In this document: positions 35,752 through 37,557 of the stretch, one piece after another
Layout: each line of letters opens with the position of its first letter
How positions within the stretch are numbered: the first letter of the stretch is position 1
From: Planctomycetia bacterium
GTDB lineage: Bacteria; Planctomycetota; Planctomycetia; Pirellulales; UBA1268
Length of the DNA stretch: 37,557 nucleotides
Assembly: GCA_037147115.1 (NCBI GenBank)
Contig: JBAWVV010000002.1
Coordinates: forward strand, 1-37,557
Direction: 5' to 3'
Position numbers and translations under genes: made by a program
Notes under the pieces: model-generated
Told to the model about the DNA's origin: nothing
The model's database searches: none
The model's input: the letters and a program-made list of their open reading frames with translations, nothing else

Positions 35752-35813
35752 GTCCCCGGACTCCTGCTGCGGAGATCGCCGGCTTCCGGGGCCCCCGGGG
35801 GGGCCGGAAAGGA

Positions 35814-37061
35814 TCACCGCCAGCCGAAGATCTCGGCCAGCGAGTTGAGCAGCGGGTTGGAGAGCGTGGTGCTCTCTGGGCTGCCGATCGTGCGGACGAG
35901 GTCGTAGGCGATGAAGCCCCCGAAGAGGAGGAGCAACGAGCAGCAGACGAGGCCGACGATCCGCCAGGCACTGAAACTCATCTCGTCGAGCATCTGGGTC
36001 GGGAAGGCCAGGGTCTCGGCCGATCCGGCCGATCCGAGCGAACTGTCATCGCCGCCGAAACTCGAGCTCTGACCGCCGATCGTCTGGCCGAGGAAGCTCG
36101 AGTCGCCGGCCTCGGAATCGGAGGCGATCACGACCGACGCACTCTCATCGTCGGTGGTCTCGCCGCCGAGTTCGAAGTCGTCTGCCGAAAACGCCCCCTT
36201 GGCGGCGGAGGCGGCGCTGCCGAGATCGACACCGGAGTCGGCGAGGCCGCTGTCGCCGAGTGACACGCCGCTGCCGAGCCCGCCGAGGCTCGGTCCCGAC
36301 AAGCTCGGTCCCGACAGGCCGGCGATCCCTGAGTCTGACTTGCTGGCGGCCGATGACGCGCTGCTGATGCCCGACAGTTCGATCATCAGGTCGCCGGAGC
36401 CGCCGGCCTTGGAGATCCCGCTCCCGCCGAGGGAGGGGGACGACGCGCCGACGATCGATTCGATGGCGAGATCGTCGCTCTCGAGATCGTCGCCGAGAAC
36501 GCTGTCACCAAGGACGAGGTCAGCGCCGGAGAGGCCGCCGGGGGAGGAGAGCGAGAGGTTGGGGGAGGAAAGCGAGAGGCTGGGGGAAGAGAGCGAGAGG
36601 CCGGAGTTGCTCTTCGAGGCCGCGCTCCCCTTCCCAACGCCGGTGTCGGAGGCGGATGATCCCTTTGCCGTCGGGGTGGCGAAGATCGAATCAGCGCCGT
36701 CGTCGAGAATCAGTTGGTCGTCATCGTTCGCTTCGCCAGGGCCTCCGGCGGGGGCGTTGTCGAGGACGAGTTCCGGGAGATCGAGATCGAGTTCCCCGCT
36801 CCCGCTCCCGGAGCCGGATTCCTCGCCGAGGGTGCGCAGCAGCCGCTCGACATCATCTGTCTTGAACTTGTTCGTAACGCCGTCGCGCATCGGAAACAGC
36901 TTCTTACGGTCGACGAGTCGGTTGACTTCGTCGACGGAGACGCCGAGGAGCCGGGCTGCTTCCTCGGGCGACATGAACTTGCCGGCCATGGCTGCCTTGA
37001 CGGGTGCGGGGACGGAGATCTCACCACCGTCAGTGTCGACGAATCCGGCGTCGAAGTCCAC
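35814..37061 (-). CDS. Membrane-anchored helix-turn-helix protein with a long Ser/Gly/Leu/Asp-rich low-complexity linker
   Basis: The N-terminus FMSPEEAARLLGVSVDEVNRLVDRKKLFPMRDGVTNKFKTDDVERLL is an excisionase/MerR-like HTH. The C-terminal TM is FSAWRIVGLVCCSLLLLFGGFIAYDL. The start is uncertain: GTG at 37061, or ATG at 36989 or 36974. Confidence 0.7.
   Translation of the reverse strand: MDFDAGFVDTDGGEISVPAPVKAAMAGKFMSPEEAARLLGVSVDEVNRLVDRKKLFPMRDGVTNKFKTDDVERLLRTLGEESGSGSGSGELDLDLPELVLDNAPAGGPGEANDDDQLILDDGADSIFATPTAKGSSASDTGVGKGSAASKSNSGLSLSSPSLSLSSPNLSLSSPGGLSGADLVLGDSVLGDDLESDDLAIESIVGASSPSLGGSGISKAGGSGDLMIELSGISSASSAASKSDSGIAGLSGPSLSGPSLGGLGSGVSLGDSGLADSGVDLGSAASAAKGAFSADDFELGGETTDDESASVVIASDSEAGDSSFLGQTIGGQSSSFGGDDSSLGSAGSAETLAFPTQMLDEMSFSAWRIVGLVCCSLLLLFGGFIAYDLVRTIGSPESTTLSNPLLNSLAEIFGWR
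36540..36602. repeat. 21-nt x3 in-frame tandem repeat inside the HTH protein gene, encoding (S/N/G)LSLSSP x3
   Basis: The three units are gggggaggagagcgagaggtt, gggggaggaaagcgagaggct and gggggaagagagcgagaggcc. A second repeat, 15-nt x2 (gctcggtcccgaca[a/g]), lies at 36288-36317 and encodes LSGPS x2. Confidence 0.9.
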
Positions 37062-37106
37062 GATCCCGCCGGGGCCGGGCGCCTCCGGAACGGCCGGCAG
37101 ATTCGC

Positions 37107-37535
37107 TCATGGTCGATTTTGCCCAGCCGGAACACCTTCCGCACCGACCTCGAGCATTTTCTTCAACGTCGCCGGGCGCGGTTCCTGGGCGTTGTACTCG
37201 GGGACAAGCAGGTCCCAGGCGATGTTGCGGGTGCTGCGGAGAGTCAAGGAGCCGGTGCCGTCGACGTGGTAGATGGCGGCATTCTTCATCTGGGGGTCGA
37301 TAATGAGGAGGAGTTGACGGCCGTCGTCGAGCGGCGTGGCGCTAATCCACAGCGGTTGGCCGGCCCCCTCCCCTGCCGCGCCTGCGGTACCCCCGGCCAG
37401 GCCGGGACGGAGGCCCCGCGGCTGGGCGGAGAGGATCCCGCCGCCGGCCACCGTCAGCGTCACGCCAACGACCAGCGGCAGGAGGGACGAGCGCCAAGGA
37501 AAGGCGGCCGGCGGCGGGATCCTCGGCAATATCAT
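37107..37535 (-). CDS. Hypothetical secreted or membrane-anchored protein
   Basis: MILPRIPPPAAFPWRSSLLPLVVGVTLTVAGGG is a signal/anchor-like N-terminus. The track ORF reaches the window edge (37556), so a start further upstream cannot be excluded. No domain was recognised. Confidence 0.5.
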   Translation of the reverse strand: MILPRIPPPAAFPWRSSLLPLVVGVTLTVAGGGILSAQPRGLRPGLAGGTAGAAGEGAGQPLWISATPLDDGRQLLLIIDPQMKNAAIYHVDGTGSLTLRSTRNIAWDLLVPEYNAQEPRPATLKKMLEVGAEGVPAGQNRP

Positions 37536-37557
37536 CGACGGCGGCCGCTCGCGCACC

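Noticed and set aside
1-37557. CRISPR arrays, rRNA genes, IS elements or transposases, and toxin-antitoxin pairs.
   Set aside because: No regularly spaced repeat-spacer structure was seen, and no rRNA-like conserved stretches. No DDE/HUH transposase or terminal inverted repeats were recognised. The only tandem repeats are the short ones reported (22868-22891, 23207-23239, 36288-36317, 36540-36602).

Overview
This is a very GC-rich bacterial chromosomal segment (judged by eye, not computed). It most likely comes from a member of the Planctomycetota. Supporting signs are two planctomycete-type CxxCH cytochrome modules in one secreted protein, a TPR protein with tandem RpoA alpha-CTD-like domains, a Rho_N/DUF4912 protein, a Zn-ribbon membrane protein, and an HTH protein with a Ser/Gly/Leu-rich linker and a membrane anchor.

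The backbone is mostly housekeeping:
- xylA (partial, at the left edge) and an SDR oxidoreductase.
- pyk and argG.
- kdsA.
- rpmE-prfA-prmC, followed by comEC.
- A system II cytochrome c maturation pair (resB-ccsA), directly followed by a PQQ-dependent dehydrogenase that carries a c-type haem motif.
- One tRNA-Thr(CGU).

Four ATGA start/stop overlaps (7219, 14262, 21006, 33570) support operon calls.

No CRISPR array, rRNA, transposase or integrase was seen. The many long antisense or extended ORFs in the track are GC-driven shadow ORFs.

Items worth a second look:
1. An ~840-bp gene-free region next to tRNA-Thr. It contains a 12-bp-closed multi-hairpin element followed by a U7 tract on the minus strand.
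2. A co-oriented tRNA / tandem alpha-CTD-TPR / Rho_N-DUF4912 cluster.
3. An 11-nt phased direct-repeat array between rpmE and prfA.
4. An orphan Sfp-type PPTase facing an NRPS adenylation-domain stub that ends just after a T8 tract.
5. A lower-GC3 AAA ATPase with a PD-(D/E)xK-like C-terminus, preceded by a perfect inverted repeat.
6. A three-gene envelope operon (small membrane protein, Zn-ribbon anchor, di-haem PSCyt protein).

None of these can be called a new system from sequence alone.
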